DNA of 64,000 nt from Geosiphon pyriformis uo1 (taxonomy: Eukaryota; Fungi; Glomeromycota). Below the pieces are notes generated by a model that ran no database searches, was not told where the DNA came from, and worked only from the letters and a program-made list of their open reading frames with translations. Shown piece after piece: positions 14,583 through 26,252 of this stretch (its first letter is position 1; the number at the start of each line of letters is the position of its first letter). The DNA lies in assembly GCA_016748015.1 (NCBI GenBank), contig JAAOMT010000211.1, positions 254,933 through 318,932 of the forward strand, in the 5' to 3' direction. A program made the translations under genes and the position numbers.

Positions 14583-15084
14583 AATAATAAAGCAAAACCA
14601 AATTATTAAAAAATAATAATAAATAATAATAATAATAATAAATTTATAAAGTTATTAATAATATAAACAACAAAAATAAAAAAATTATTAAGTAAAAAAT
14701 AAATAAAAAAATAAATAATAATTTAAACAATTTTTTATCTATTAATAATAATTACATATATTTTTAAATATTTGTTCTACTTTTTTAAAAAAATATTTAT
14801 TTTTAAAGCTTAATGTTTTATAAAAATCTAAATAAGATTAGTTGTAATATATATTATAAAATTGTAATAATAGTAATCGCTAAACTAATATTTTTTATTT
14901 TTAATAAATAACTTATTAATTTAATTAACAAAATTAACTTGAATAATTTAATATAGATAAATGGTTCTATTTCTTATGTTTTAATATTATTACTTTTTTT
15001 CGCCTTTTTTTTTAATAAATCACATAATAATTACAGTATTTAATTAGTATTATAAATCCAAATTTAATTAAGTTTTTATTCAAT

Positions 15085-16325
15085 TCTAAACTCAGCCCAA
15101 TAGCTAACTATGACATAAAATTTAAGGATCTTAAAATAGCCGCGACTCACGCGTTTTCTACATGTGACTAGCCACCCGAGCCAGTCAAGGCTAGTAGTTC
15201 TGTTATAAATATTTATACACTATACTACACTAACTGTAACACCTAACCTATCACGAAACAAGTAGTGATCAGCGAAATCAAGCACGTTAGAAAAAAATTT
15301 ATTGTGACAACGCGACCCTATATAAAATAGGCTAAAATCGCGAGACCCAGTGCCAGCCGAAGCAACACTACCAACAACCTCCTCTACAAGTAACGTGCCA
15401 TTCCTCTCGCACTCAACCCGCGACTTCATCCTGTGCGACCATACCAATTCACGATGGGAAAAGACCAACGAGCGAACAAATTCTATGACCTTCAAGCTTT
15501 CAGACTTGGCGGACCTGAAAGCTTTGGCAGCGTCACAAACCAAAGATTTAAAAACAAAGCCCTTCATCAGAGCAGCATAAATACGGTTATCCAAAGGTGG
15601 AGCTAGGGGGTCTAACTTCGAAGCCAGGGCACACAGGTCTTGCAAAATTCTAGAATCTCCCACAGTAGAACCAGACCACTCACGCCACACAGCAGCACCG
15701 ATTGAAACCACCTCTTTCCTTAACAAAATATCCCCAGCACACTCAAATGTGTGGTCTGACGACTCAAAAGCCCACACTAGATGCAGGCCTTTATCATATC
15801 TTCTCTTGCGTTCGGCGACCAGCAATCTACCATGGAGCGCCTTCATAATGTAGGTCCTAAACCCAGGAGTTTTGGTACTGGTAAAGCCAGAACCAAAATG
15901 CTGGTCAGGATGCCAAACCGAAACTGTTTTGTCCCAATCGATCTCATTAACCAAACTAGCGTCCAAAAATTTTCTAGCAAATTTGACCTCCCATCTGGCA
16001 CAACTGGAGGTATCACATAACTCGCGTACATAATGCCGAGCGTTGCTGGATATTGCCACCCCGTCGTAACCACGAAAGAAACTATCTGGGATCCCAGGAG
16101 GCAAAACGTGACCCGAAGAGCAAGCTACACCAGCCATGCGATCCACAATTTCATTGCCAAGCACACCGGAATGTCCTTTAACCTTGACCCAATTCACAAT
16201 GAGACCCTTACGCTAAACGGTATTATCTATCCTGCGCTTCTCCATCCAGCACCTTTTCCTAAAATCAGGCACGATAGATACGCCAGAACGGCATATGTCA
16301 AATGCAGCCGAGCTATCCGTAAAGA
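15085..16325 (-). mobile_element. 5'-truncated LINE: RNase H domain, C-terminal region and 3' UTR
   Basis: WVKVKGHSGVLGNEIVDRMA is an RNase H motif, followed by RTYIMKALHGRL and a degenerate ESSDHTFEC zinc-knuckle remnant. The GC-rich block is truncated abruptly at ~16325. Confidence 0.88.
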
Positions 16326-16439
16326 CTATTTTTACTATTACATAATAATTATTACTTAATTTAATTTAATATTAACTATTTAAGTTATTAATTATGATTA
16401 ATATATGTTAAATTAATAAAAATTTTCAATTTTATACTA

Positions 16440-16742
16440 CTGAGAAAAATGAAATTTTAGAAAAGTTGGAAATTAAATTACTTATTAATCATAGCAAAGC
16501 TCTTAACACAATAATACAAATTCCAACAATGGTCAAACAAATTGGTAATAGTGTGAACATTTTAACAGCTATAATAAATACTTTTTTTTTAAGTAACAAA
16601 GATTTTGATGCAACAGCGGTCCATTGGGAAAGTAAAAAAGGCCTTCATATTGGGTTTGAAAAAAGGCTTTAAAAATCACAAAGTGCATATGTATTCTTGA
16701 TTGGCTCGGGTGGCTAATCACTCAATAAAACAAAAAAAAAAA
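16440..16742 (+). mobile_element. Probable decayed 3' end of a second LINE, with terminal hairpin and A-rich tail
   Basis: A 26-nt segment at 16696-16721 matches the 3' UTR of the neighbouring LINE at 24/26 and is followed by an A-run; a degenerate ORF (16466-16672) precedes it. Confidence 0.45.
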
Positions 16743-16775
16743 GATGCGCAATCATTACTCACCTCATTATAAAAT

Positions 16776-18431
16776 ATGGCAACGGGTGGCGAAGATAAAG
16801 ACTTGATAATGTTTGATCCTCCCTTGTGGAGACAACGTAGAGGTCTTGTGAACCAAGTTTTGAGAAAGCACCAAGTAACTTCGGTACGCTCCCAGAACCT
16901 TTACCAATTCTACCATTTCAAACAGAAAAGCCTTACTCTCAATTTCCTCTAGGTATTTGACTTTGGGTGTGGGGAAGGAGCACTTCTCTCATTTCTCGTT
17001 CAACCTTTTGAAGATGGGCCTATAGTTCGCCTTGCTGGTATTGATATATGCTCCGAAATATTGAAGTCCACATCCAAAAATTGTAGTCCATGGGATCACG
17101 ACCATGAATTTTTAAGACTGACACCTTTGACCGTGGATTTATATCAAGGTACATGCTAGCCACATAATTATTCTATAATTGCATTTTTATAAACCAATAT
17201 TTAAAATTAATTCAGGAAGCATCGACGTGGCTGACGAAAGGCTTTGTGGATATGAGGCCGTGGTCTGCATGGAAGTGTAGGGAAATCAATTTTCTTAATC
17301 AATTGTTGCATAATATGATGTATGCGCTCATTTCTTTCTATTGATTATATAGAATAGAGCACGTTGATCCGCCTGTGCTTGAGAAATTTTTTGAGGTCGT
17401 TCTCGGCGCATATAAACCGAAAATTTTGATCGTCACCACTCCTAACGTTGAATTCAATATATATTTTCCACAATTGAAATATGGGACACCCGAAGCGATT
17501 TTACGCATCGATGATCATCGGTTCGAATGGACCCGTAAAGAATTTCAAGAATGGTTGGTCACCAGAACAATAATATATCTCTTTATCCGTCTCACGTTCG
17601 ATGATTATATTTATACTTAGGGCCTTATCAGGTGCAGACAAATATAATTATTCAGTTGAATTTAGTGGTGTTGGTCGATTGAAAGATAGTGATCCAGCAG
17701 TTGGTTTCGCAACACAAATCGCGATCTTTCTAGATCTGGAACCTGGTGCGGCACCTATGGCGTCTAATTTTGGAGCCTATCAACTTATCGAACACATAAT
17801 TTTCCCACATTATGATGAACCGGAAAAAAGTCACTCGGAAATTATTGAAGACATTGATTATTTTATGAAGTTTCTTTGCAATCATATTACTGAAGATGAA
17901 CAGGATTCATCTTCTGAAAAGGATAAGGTTGATAATAATCTAAAAAAAGATCATGTTCTTATTGATGACCTATGGAACATTCACCGAATCCATCAGATTT
18001 GCAAGTCAAAGGAGAAATTATGTGAAGTTTTAGCCACATGCGCCGATTTTACACTTGTAAATAACGAGTGGGTGCAAGTGCACAAAAAGTATGAATTAGA
18101 ACAGCCGGTTCAAGAAGATATGAATTCTCCGTTTACCAATGACGATGCAATTCTCAGCGAGGGCTCAAACACAGATACAGAAAGTTGGCAAGATAAAAAA
18201 TCGCGATTTATTAGTAATACCACATCACAAGAGGACAATTATGGATGGGAATATTGGGACAAGAGTGACAACACACTATCTCCACTATCAACAGAAGAAG
18301 ATTCCCAATGGAAAACAGAAGACGAAATAATAGATTCCCAATGGAAAACAGAAGACGAAATAATAGATTCCCAATGGAAAAATATTGGGATTGGTATCGA
18401 GGAAAACTTAGAAAGCATTGAGTGGACTTAG
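16776..18431 (+). CDS. HEN1: Small RNA 2'-O-methyltransferase HEN1 (5 exons)
   Basis: FDPPLWRQR (FxPP motif), DFGCGEG SAM-binding motif, EVIEH, TTPNVEFN and DHRFEWTRKEFQEW. Confidence 0.95.
18300..18381 (+). repeat. 33-bp coding tandem repeat (about 2.5 copies, DSQWKTEDEII) in the HEN1 tail
   Basis: gattcccaatggaaaacagaagacgaaataata occurs twice, plus a partial third copy. Confidence 0.95.
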
Positions 18432-18841
18432 GAATTAAATTTTTGTGCAAATGGTGTGTAAAACCATATTTTTTTTAGAATATTGAATTTCCCAGGTCGA
18501 AATCAAATTTTTTTAGTTTGTTCAAATACACCATATTTATTAGTAAATAGAGGAAAATGTATATAATGGTTTTCACAAATCTTGATTCTTAATTGTTGAA
18601 ATTTAATTATTTTGCTTCGTGAAATTTGCTCAATAAGATTATAATTAAAATATAAATTAAACGAAATAAATATTAAAAGGATTCTTATAAAAGCGCGACA
18701 AATTCTTGATGGTACCTAAGATGAACCGCTATTACCTTCTCACACATCTCCAACCCCCTTTGTATGACCAAGATTTCTCCTGCAAATAATTTTAATTTAT
18801 TCGAACCAGTTTACTTATTAAGAATTTCAACAACTATTTGA

Positions 18842-19296
18842 TTATACATAAATCCCAACTGAAAGAAACAAGAATAACGTGCCAAACCCGAGCGCCAACG
18901 ATGCCGGAATTGCGGAAGCTAATTCTTTGATCGCAAATCCATCTGCTTTTGTGCTGTGATTGAATACTTGTCAGGAATAATAAAATTAATTAGAAATTAT
19001 AATTCGGGACGAATAAATATATGATTCTTGAAGTTCATTTCCGTTCGACTTCAATCACGAAACCTCTCAAGGATGATAAAAGGATACACAGAGAAGGTAC
19101 TAGACGCCACAAATCCAGATATTAAGAGTAGCAAAGCGAGAACAGGGAATAAAGCTTGTGGAACTGGAGCTTGATATGGTGTTCCAGCTTCCCAGTCGTT
19201 CTGTTTTGAAAGAGTGAGAAAAAAGATGATGTGATAAGAAGGCGAGAGTTAGAAAAGGAGATATTGTAAGTATAGGCTTACCAACGCGGAGAACAT
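18842..19296 (-). CDS. TMEM258: Oligosaccharyltransferase subunit TMEM258/Ost5-like (3 exons; absent from the ORF track)
   Basis: Exons 19296-19282, 19200-19088 and 18953-18842 give MFSALNDWEAGTPYQAPVPQALFPVLALLLLISGFVASSTFSVTKADGFAIKELASAIPASLALGFGTLFLFLSVGIYV, which ends in the family's GFG-x-LFL...VGIYV. Confidence 0.92.
18954..19087 (-). other. U12-type (minor) GT-AG intron in TMEM258
   Basis: 5' splice site GTATCCTTTT and branch TTCCTGAC with the branch A ~17 nt before CAG; splicing restores the frame. Confidence 0.88.
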
Positions 19297-19440
19297 GTTG
19301 GGAAAGTATCGTACTGATTGAAAACTATGAACGTGTCAGATGGAAATATTAGTTATTCAATTTCAACGTGATCAAACTAGTCCCAAAAATTTATTGTTAG
19401 TACTACCATTCGCTTCATATTTTTTTTTCTGCTCTTCAAT

Positions 19441-20802
19441 ATGTTTGATAAAAATTTGGTAATATTCTTTCTGCTGTTAAAAATAATTTTGGAAAATCTT
19501 ACAAAATTGAATTCGTTACTTACCTACTCTTTTATCGATGGGTTTTTGATTCTTAAAGGCAGCTAAGGCAGCTGAAGCGTTACTTAACCATGTGGGAAAC
19601 CGAGAAAAAGATCGCAAAGGCAAGGATCTACTAATACAGCAGCGTCAGACCATATGGTTAACCATTGGAACGAAACTTTTCTCGGAACAGGGAAAGGATA
19701 AACCCATAAAAATGTAAATCATCGGGATGTTTAACAAATTGGGCTCCCATTCTACCGATAATATTTCCTACTTGATTTTTTCGTGTATTAACATTGGATT
19801 AAAGTGCTTAGATGGATCCAAATACATCACGAACTGAATCAATTATAATTTATTTTTTCGGATTCCCTTTGAATCATAGTCCTCTTCGGCATGCGCTCTA
19901 TGGCCCTGATACTGAAGTCTGCCTTTTCACCAAGGATCCACAGAAAGATTTTAAAGAACTCTTATCACAACATAATGTCACTCGAATAACTAAGGTATAT
20001 TCTATTATTAACCTCTATTTATATCCCTGAAATTTAATTTTGAGTTTAGTGAATTCAATATTTCCCTTGAATGTCTAGGTTATTAGTCTCGATAAACTTC
20101 GTAAAAAGTATAAACAATTTGAAGCAAAAAGACAATTATGTGATGCGTTTGAACTATTCCTTGCCGATGAACGGATATTACACCGCTTGCCAAAACTGCT
20201 GGGGAAGGTATTTTTTATAAAAAAGAAGTAAGTTTAATAGTCTATTTTTCTCTGAGTTAGAGAGACGGGAAGCATATGTGTTCATACGCAAGAGAATTTT
20301 TAGATTATCTTATAATGGTAGATAATATCATTCTTTCCTTCCTACAGGCAGCCAATTCCAGTGAAGTTAAAGTCGGGTGATATAAAGGCCGAAATTGATC
20401 GGGCATGTAATTCCACCTATTTGCACCTTAGCACAGGAACGTGTGTGTATGTATGGAAAGCGTTTCATGAAAATTTATCAAATACTTTTACTTAAAAATT
20501 TTGCAATGGATGATGACAAATTGATTATTAATAGCGCAGTAAAAATCGGCAATGTTAACCACTCCGTGTCCCAATTATTGGAGAATCTCGACTTAAGCGT
20601 CCCTATAATTGTGGAAAAGCTACCCAAGAAGCGAAAAAATATTATGTCCATGCAAATTAAAACAGGGAACTCGGTGAGTTTGCCAATTTATAACGCCCAG
20701 CTCTACAATGGAACATACAATGAACTTGCGGAGCAGGAAGAGGAACCCGAGAGTCCCAATGAAAAACCAGAAGCCATCGAAGCAGTCGAAGCAAGAATCT
20801 AA
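19441..20802 (+). CDS. Ribosomal L1 domain-containing protein (RSL1D1/Cic1/Utp30-like), about 6 exons
   Basis: AAKAAEALL, EVCLFTKDPQ, KLRKKYKQFEAKRQLCDAFELFLADERI, LPKLLGK, IKTGNSVSLPIY. Confidence 0.88.
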
Positions 20803-21352
20803 TTCCTTAAAGAGGTCAGATAAAGAGCAGGTTAATTCAAGATTAAGAAGCAAGAATCAAAAGAATAATGTGAAAAAAGATAAGATTCCTCAAGGGAGGG
20901 GGAAATCTCGGTTAACAAAATGTTGAAAGCAAGGAGTGATTTAAATACGACCGAAGAGACAAACATCAGAATTGTATTTACACCGTTTCTTCAGTATCAC
21001 TTTGACCAAATGGGAATCCTTATGATTTTGAGGAAATTTTTTGATGTGTTCAGGTTTTATATTTAATGGAAAATAAAAGTTTACCAGACCAGATAAATTA
21101 TATAAAGCGGTAGAATTTATTGTTTCGGATTGGGCGCTTCTGGGATGACAGAAAAATCTAGGTCTCTTATAAAATAATTCATATCGGACAATAGAGAAGA
21201 AATTTCAAATTTCAAAATTCTGGGCGCAAGACAGCTTGGATGATATAATTCCCAATTCTGATAATAAATAAAGAACTGATGTGCTTTGTTGTTAGTATAT
21301 CCTAAGTTACAAAATCGATGATTCGAAAAATTGGGAGCGATCAACACCAAGA

Positions 21353-23295
21353 TTAAGGGCCTCGAGAAAATTGCTGAAAATCGAAAATCGTTAATTTTTA
21401 CCAAAAAAAAGGTCAAGTGAATGCTATTCATTGCTTACTATAATCATGGGTTTCTCATGTAGAATATAACCATGTACTTCATCGAGAGCCTGTTTCGCTA
21501 TGTTCACATCAGGAAATTTAACAAAGGCCTGGCCTCTCATACGACCTTCTTTCATCAACTGAATCTCCAACTGGCTGCTCAAGGGAAGCGAGACAATTCC
21601 GTCAAAGAGAAATAAACGGAAAAGTTTGAGATAATTAAATTTACTACCTTTCCATTTCTTCGCGTGACCTAAAATATCTTCCAAAAATATGTTTCAGATC
21701 ATTGACTTCAACCTTCTTTTGTTGCAAGTTTTTAATGTAAAGTGTGGCTGTAGGTTCTCCACGTGTATATTTTTTCATTGCTGTAATATTTTTCAATTCT
21801 ATTTTTGGAAATGGAACATAAGTATTAACATAGACATAAAAATATATCACTTGGAAAAACGCGTCCTTTTAGATCACCTTTTTCAGGCATCTTGTTGTCG
21901 TTTAACTGTTGGGTTGAAATGGATTCCAAAACAAAATTTATATCCGTGCTTGTATCAGCGATTAAGGGCAGAAGTTCTGACTGTTTTGAAACTTTTTTAT
22001 TCTTCACGGATGAACTGGATGAGTTAGAGTATTCAGTAAAATGAGGCGGTTTGGACTGAATTGGAATAGGCATAGAGGGAGTTTGAAGAGGAGGTTGTGA
22101 AATAAAATCTTGATCAAGTTGGGTAGATGAAGATAATGATCCCGGATTTATTGGAATTGGTGATGGAATGTGGTGTTGAGGAGTAACTTGGCTTGGATAA
22201 TGGGAATGAATCGCACCACTGCCAATTATTGACGATGATGTAGTAGGTATTCTCATCTTGGTAGCTAAATCAGTAATTGTCCTAATCCTCTTCTTAGATC
22301 CTTGCTTTCTATTCTTCTCTTGTTCCTCTTCCTCGCTATCAATCTCAGATTCACCACTCGAAAGTAAAACATCTTTCTTTTTACGTTTCTTATTTCCTCC
22401 TTGTACTTCAGAATATTGTTCTTGTAGCAATGGAGGTATCGATTCGGGAAGCACTGCGGTAAAAGGCGGTGGTAAATTCATCTTGTTCATTAAATGTAAC
22501 ACCTGAACATACAAGTTCGGGACCGCAGCGATCGCATTCATTATGTTGAAAAGTATTTCGACAGTTGGTGCTGGATATCGATAATGAAGGGTTGGTGGAG
22601 CTGGATAATTTATACTTTTAAATCACAAATATATCAAGGGAATTAATATTGGGAAACCAAAATATCATTCTTTATAGTAAACAAACCCTAAAGCAGATGA
22701 AATGGGTTCTCCTATTTCCGAAGGAAGCGGGGGAATAGGTGGTGGCGGTGGCGGAGAATTAGTTGGTTTGCCTTCTGCTTTTGAACTCTCACTTCCCTCT
22801 GTTGTCGTTTTTTCTTTTCCCTTCCTTAGAGCTTCTTTACTAGGCAAAGCATACTCTACTCTCACTGTCTTGCCACCGATCTTGCCCAGGCCCTGTATTT
22901 TTGAACAAGCTGCTGAAGCGGATATGCGATCGGGAAAATCCAAAAATGCGACGTTTTTCTTATTGGAAACATAACTTGATTACTTTATGGGAAGAGGGTT
23001 GATGGCCTAGCTTGGAAGTACACGCGGAGGTGGCTTACCAACTGTTGGGAGTTTAGCAGCCGCAAATTCTGAGGGCCAAAACATTTTAGAAAGTCGATCA
23101 GATCTGTTTCAGGGAAGTCAGGTAAGTTTTTTACAATGAGTGTGGTGGTCTCCTACTTGCCAAAAAAGGCACATTAAGAAGTGTTGAGCTGAAGAGCATA
23201 GAACTGAGTCAGTCAATTGGAAAATGTACCTGGGAAAGAAAGTGCACGGCGTTGGTAGGTGTCAAAGAAAGCGAAGGGGGTGCGTTCAGAGTCAT
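21353..23295 (-). CDS. RNPC3: U11/U12 snRNP 65 kDa protein (RNA-binding region-containing protein 3), 7 exons
   Basis: Two RRMs (TLIVKNLP...AFLDFP; TLYIKNL...MRGQAFVKFP...HGYILHEKPMIIQF) flank the diagnostic YRYPAPTVEILFNIMNAIAAVPNLYVQVLHLMNKMNLPPPF segment. Confidence 0.92.
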
Positions 23296-24081
23296 TTTTA
23301 AAAAAATTTTGTTTTTTGAAAATTGTGAGCTTAAATTTATAATAACAGCAGATCTTGACAGAATTTATAATATAATAACCGAAAATAGCTTATACTTTAT
23401 TAAAAATTAGATTGTAAAAAATATTCCAAGATAACAAACTTTTGCTTGATCTTTTGAAATTATTATTTTTGACAATGAATCTTAGAAAATTTTTATTATA
23501 ATTCCTTTTTTAAAAAAAAAATTTTGCTGGTATTATATTATAAAAACCAAAATACTTTGATTTGAAAATAATTCGAAAGTAAAAAACCAACCTAATAAGT
23601 TATGGGATGAATTAAATTTAAAAATGCCACTGAAACAAAGAGCAAACCATTTTCTAGAGGAAAATCAGTGAGACGAAAAAATTATAAATATGCTGTGGCT
23701 TATTCACAGCCTCAAGGTTTTATTTGCTATCTCGATGCTTTTCCTCTAAGTTTAATATTTACTTGTTAAATTCTATTCGAGATATCTCAAGTGTTGGTAA
23801 TTTTCTTGGCGCTAATGTTTGGGTAGATGCTATAAATCACAAGAACCATATTGTTGATTGGAATCTGAACAACGGGATTTACTATGATCTCTACTACCAC
23901 TTGCCCATGACTCTTCGTCACCGCCATGAGGTAACAAAGATTGTGCCTCGATATCTACCAGATCCAAATCCAAATCCGAGTCTTCATCATGAAAGTCTTG
24001 ATATCCAGTGCCGACACCCATATTGTCATTCAAATTTCGCGCACCTTCAAAATCCATATTAGTTTTAGCTCTGCCATATAG

Positions 24082-25434
24082 TCAATCCCCACGTTTTCCT
24101 TTCGTCCCGAGACCACCACCACCACCACGATTATCCGATTTTCCACGTCGGATCCACCGCCATAAACCGGTCTTTTCCCCATCCAATAAGTATGCGGCTC
24201 CTCTAATTATTGCCAATATTCCAATGCTAAAACCAACCATCGACCACCAGGCCCCAATTTCTTGGAATACAATCATACCACTCAATGCCACTAATGTTAC
24301 ATGGGATGCATAGAACATTGGCTGAAATTGGGTGAGCCGGTATTTGGAGAGGGCGATTTGTTTACAAATTTCTTGACCCCCAATTCCAATTATTAAGGAT
24401 ATTAGAAGAGCTGTCAAAGCAAATACGATTGCAACAGTTGATACATCGTCACCGAATACTAATCTCATATTACTACGATATTGAGCATCTCGATAAACTA
24501 AAGTGTCTAAATCGTCAATACCATCGTAATCATCAGGGATAGCTGGAAATGAAACGTCCGGCGAGACGAATAACCAACAGGTTAACAGTAAAGCTAAAAA
24601 TTTGCTTGCTATGACGGTCAAGGAGCCAAATGCAGCCGTCATCAAAACGTACAACACCAAAGATGATTCTTTTTTTCGACTTCTTTGTCTTAGAATCATA
24701 ATCATGGCGAACTCGGCTAAGAAAATGCCAATTAGCCAACAAAGGACCCGAAATTGAAGCATATAGTCAACAATTTGGGCACCAGTCAAATGTTCATCAA
24801 TATCTTGTTGATTGTTCGCAGAGAATAAGATAGTAGCCAAGACACCAGACAGGATCCAAAAGTAGCCGATTTTTTGATGGAATGAAATGTTTTCTCCCAA
24901 AATAAAATAAGCCAGTACTGCGTTTACTACAACACCTAATATTCCAAGTGGTGTGACTACCGAGGCGGGAATTAAAGCTAAAGCTACCCAATTCCCACAT
25001 AATTCTCCTAAATAAACTAGAGATATTCCGAGAAACCATGTTCGATCTCTTAGACGTGAATACTCTTTTGTGGGTTTGCTGGTAGTTGTTGTTACAGTTA
25101 TGGTAGAGCTATTTGGGTTCAAAGCAGTTGTACTCGCACTCATCGGAGGTTCTAGGTCAACATTATCATCATGATTAACAAGAGAGGTAGTAGAAGCGTG
25201 TTGACGCTCTAATAAAGAACTAGAAAGCGAAGTGGTCGATTTCCCAGAGGGAAGACCGTCAGTCAAGTCCAAAATTGGTGTGTTTTCTTTTTCTTCTTCG
25301 GTTGAAGCTGTAGTTAAGGAGGGTAAAGTATTTGAAGCTATTCCACGCGTTAGAGCATATTTTTGTAGACAATTGCCAAGACCTATAACTGAATTGCCGA
25401 CCAAAGCGGCCAATAGGCCCCATAACGAGAGCAT
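24082..25434 (-). CDS. NIPA-family magnesium transporter (DMT superfamily); possible readthrough extension to 23830
   Basis: GNCLQK, RTWFLG, GELCGNWVALALIPASVVTPLG, LGENI and FQPMFY, with about 9 hydrophobic helices; single exon. Confidence 0.88.
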   Translation of the reverse strand: MLSLWGLLAALVGNSVIGLGNCLQKYALTRGIASNTLPSLTTASTEEEKENTPILDLTDGLPSGKSTTSLSSSLLERQHASTTSLVNHDDNVDLEPPMSASTTALNPNSSTITVTTTTSKPTKEYSRLRDRTWFLGISLVYLGELCGNWVALALIPASVVTPLGILGVVVNAVLAYFILGENISFHQKIGYFWILSGVLATILFSANNQQDIDEHLTGAQIVDYMLQFRVLCWLIGIFLAEFAMIMILRQRSRKKESSLVLYVLMTAAFGSLTVIASKFLALLLTCWLFVSPDVSFPAIPDDYDGIDDLDTLVYRDAQYRSNMRLVFGDDVSTVAIVFALTALLISLIIGIGGQEICKQIALSKYRLTQFQPMFYASHVTLVALSGMIVFQEIGAWWSMVGFSIGILAIIRGAAYLLDGEKTGLWRWIRRGKSDNRGGGGGLGTKGKRGD

Positions 25435-25583
25435 TACAAATAAAGACGCGTAGCAGGGTCAAAAGTTTTAAAAATATTTTTTACAGTTGAATTTTATACA
25501 GCAAAAGGCCGAGTTGGTAGGTTTCAGTGAGGATCAAAAAAATTTGTTGCCGCGGTCTACACGGTAATTTAAGTTAAGACTAC

Positions 25584-25584
<1 letters not shown>

Positions 25585-25620
<36 letters not shown>
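25585..25620 (+). repeat. Poly(A) tract (~36 nt) upstream of the NIPA gene
   Basis: Directly visible. Confidence 0.9.
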
Positions 25621-25622
<2 letters not shown>

Positions 25623-26252
25623 AAACGGGAGGTTTTATTATGATTATGAAAGTATTAACTTGAAGAAATTGATTTAAAAGGATCCAAAAGTTTAATAAAA
25701 TCCAGTTTTAAAAAACTTTGGATACGATAATTTTTAATGGTTTAAAAAACAAACTTAAAAGACAACTTATAAAGAATTAATTTAAAGTTGAAGAAAGTTT
25801 TGTGCGAAATTGATTCACGACGCACAGCTTCTTTTGTCTTACTTGGCATCAACTTTGACTGCTAGGTGGACTAAATAGCATCCAAAAATGGAACTTGAAA
25901 TGATGAATGTCACACACGATCATGTCCATTTATAAGAGACTCTTACTGGTTAGTGTTTCAATATATATATATATATATATACATATAGATATATGCCATT
26001 ATTATGACCAACAAGGTACGATACTTGGGTCTCTACGCATACATTCAAAGAGAAAAAGAAGCTCCAAGTTACAAGAACAAATTTCAAATGCCATCATAAT
26101 GATGACAAGTAACAATAATCATATCATCATCATTATTAAATAAACAGCCACGGCGTCATTTGCCACACTGCACAGCCTCACAAGCCTCTAAGTATTAATT
26201 GTTGATGGTTCAAAAAATTGTCCCCTTCTCATTATAATCAAAGTGAAGAGCC

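Noticed and set aside
15350-16359. Plus-strand ORFs overlapping the LINE, and other antisense ORFs over real genes
   Set aside because: Shadow ORFs of GC-richer coding sequence.
21000-23300. USSE (tandem U12 5' splice-site) autoregulatory element in RNPC3
   Set aside because: No tandem RTATCYT motif was seen on the coding strand in the introns or the 3' region.
24390-24402. ATATCCTT U12-like donor on the minus strand (also at ~50890)
   Set aside because: Both lie inside continuous coding exons (NIPA, ATG13).
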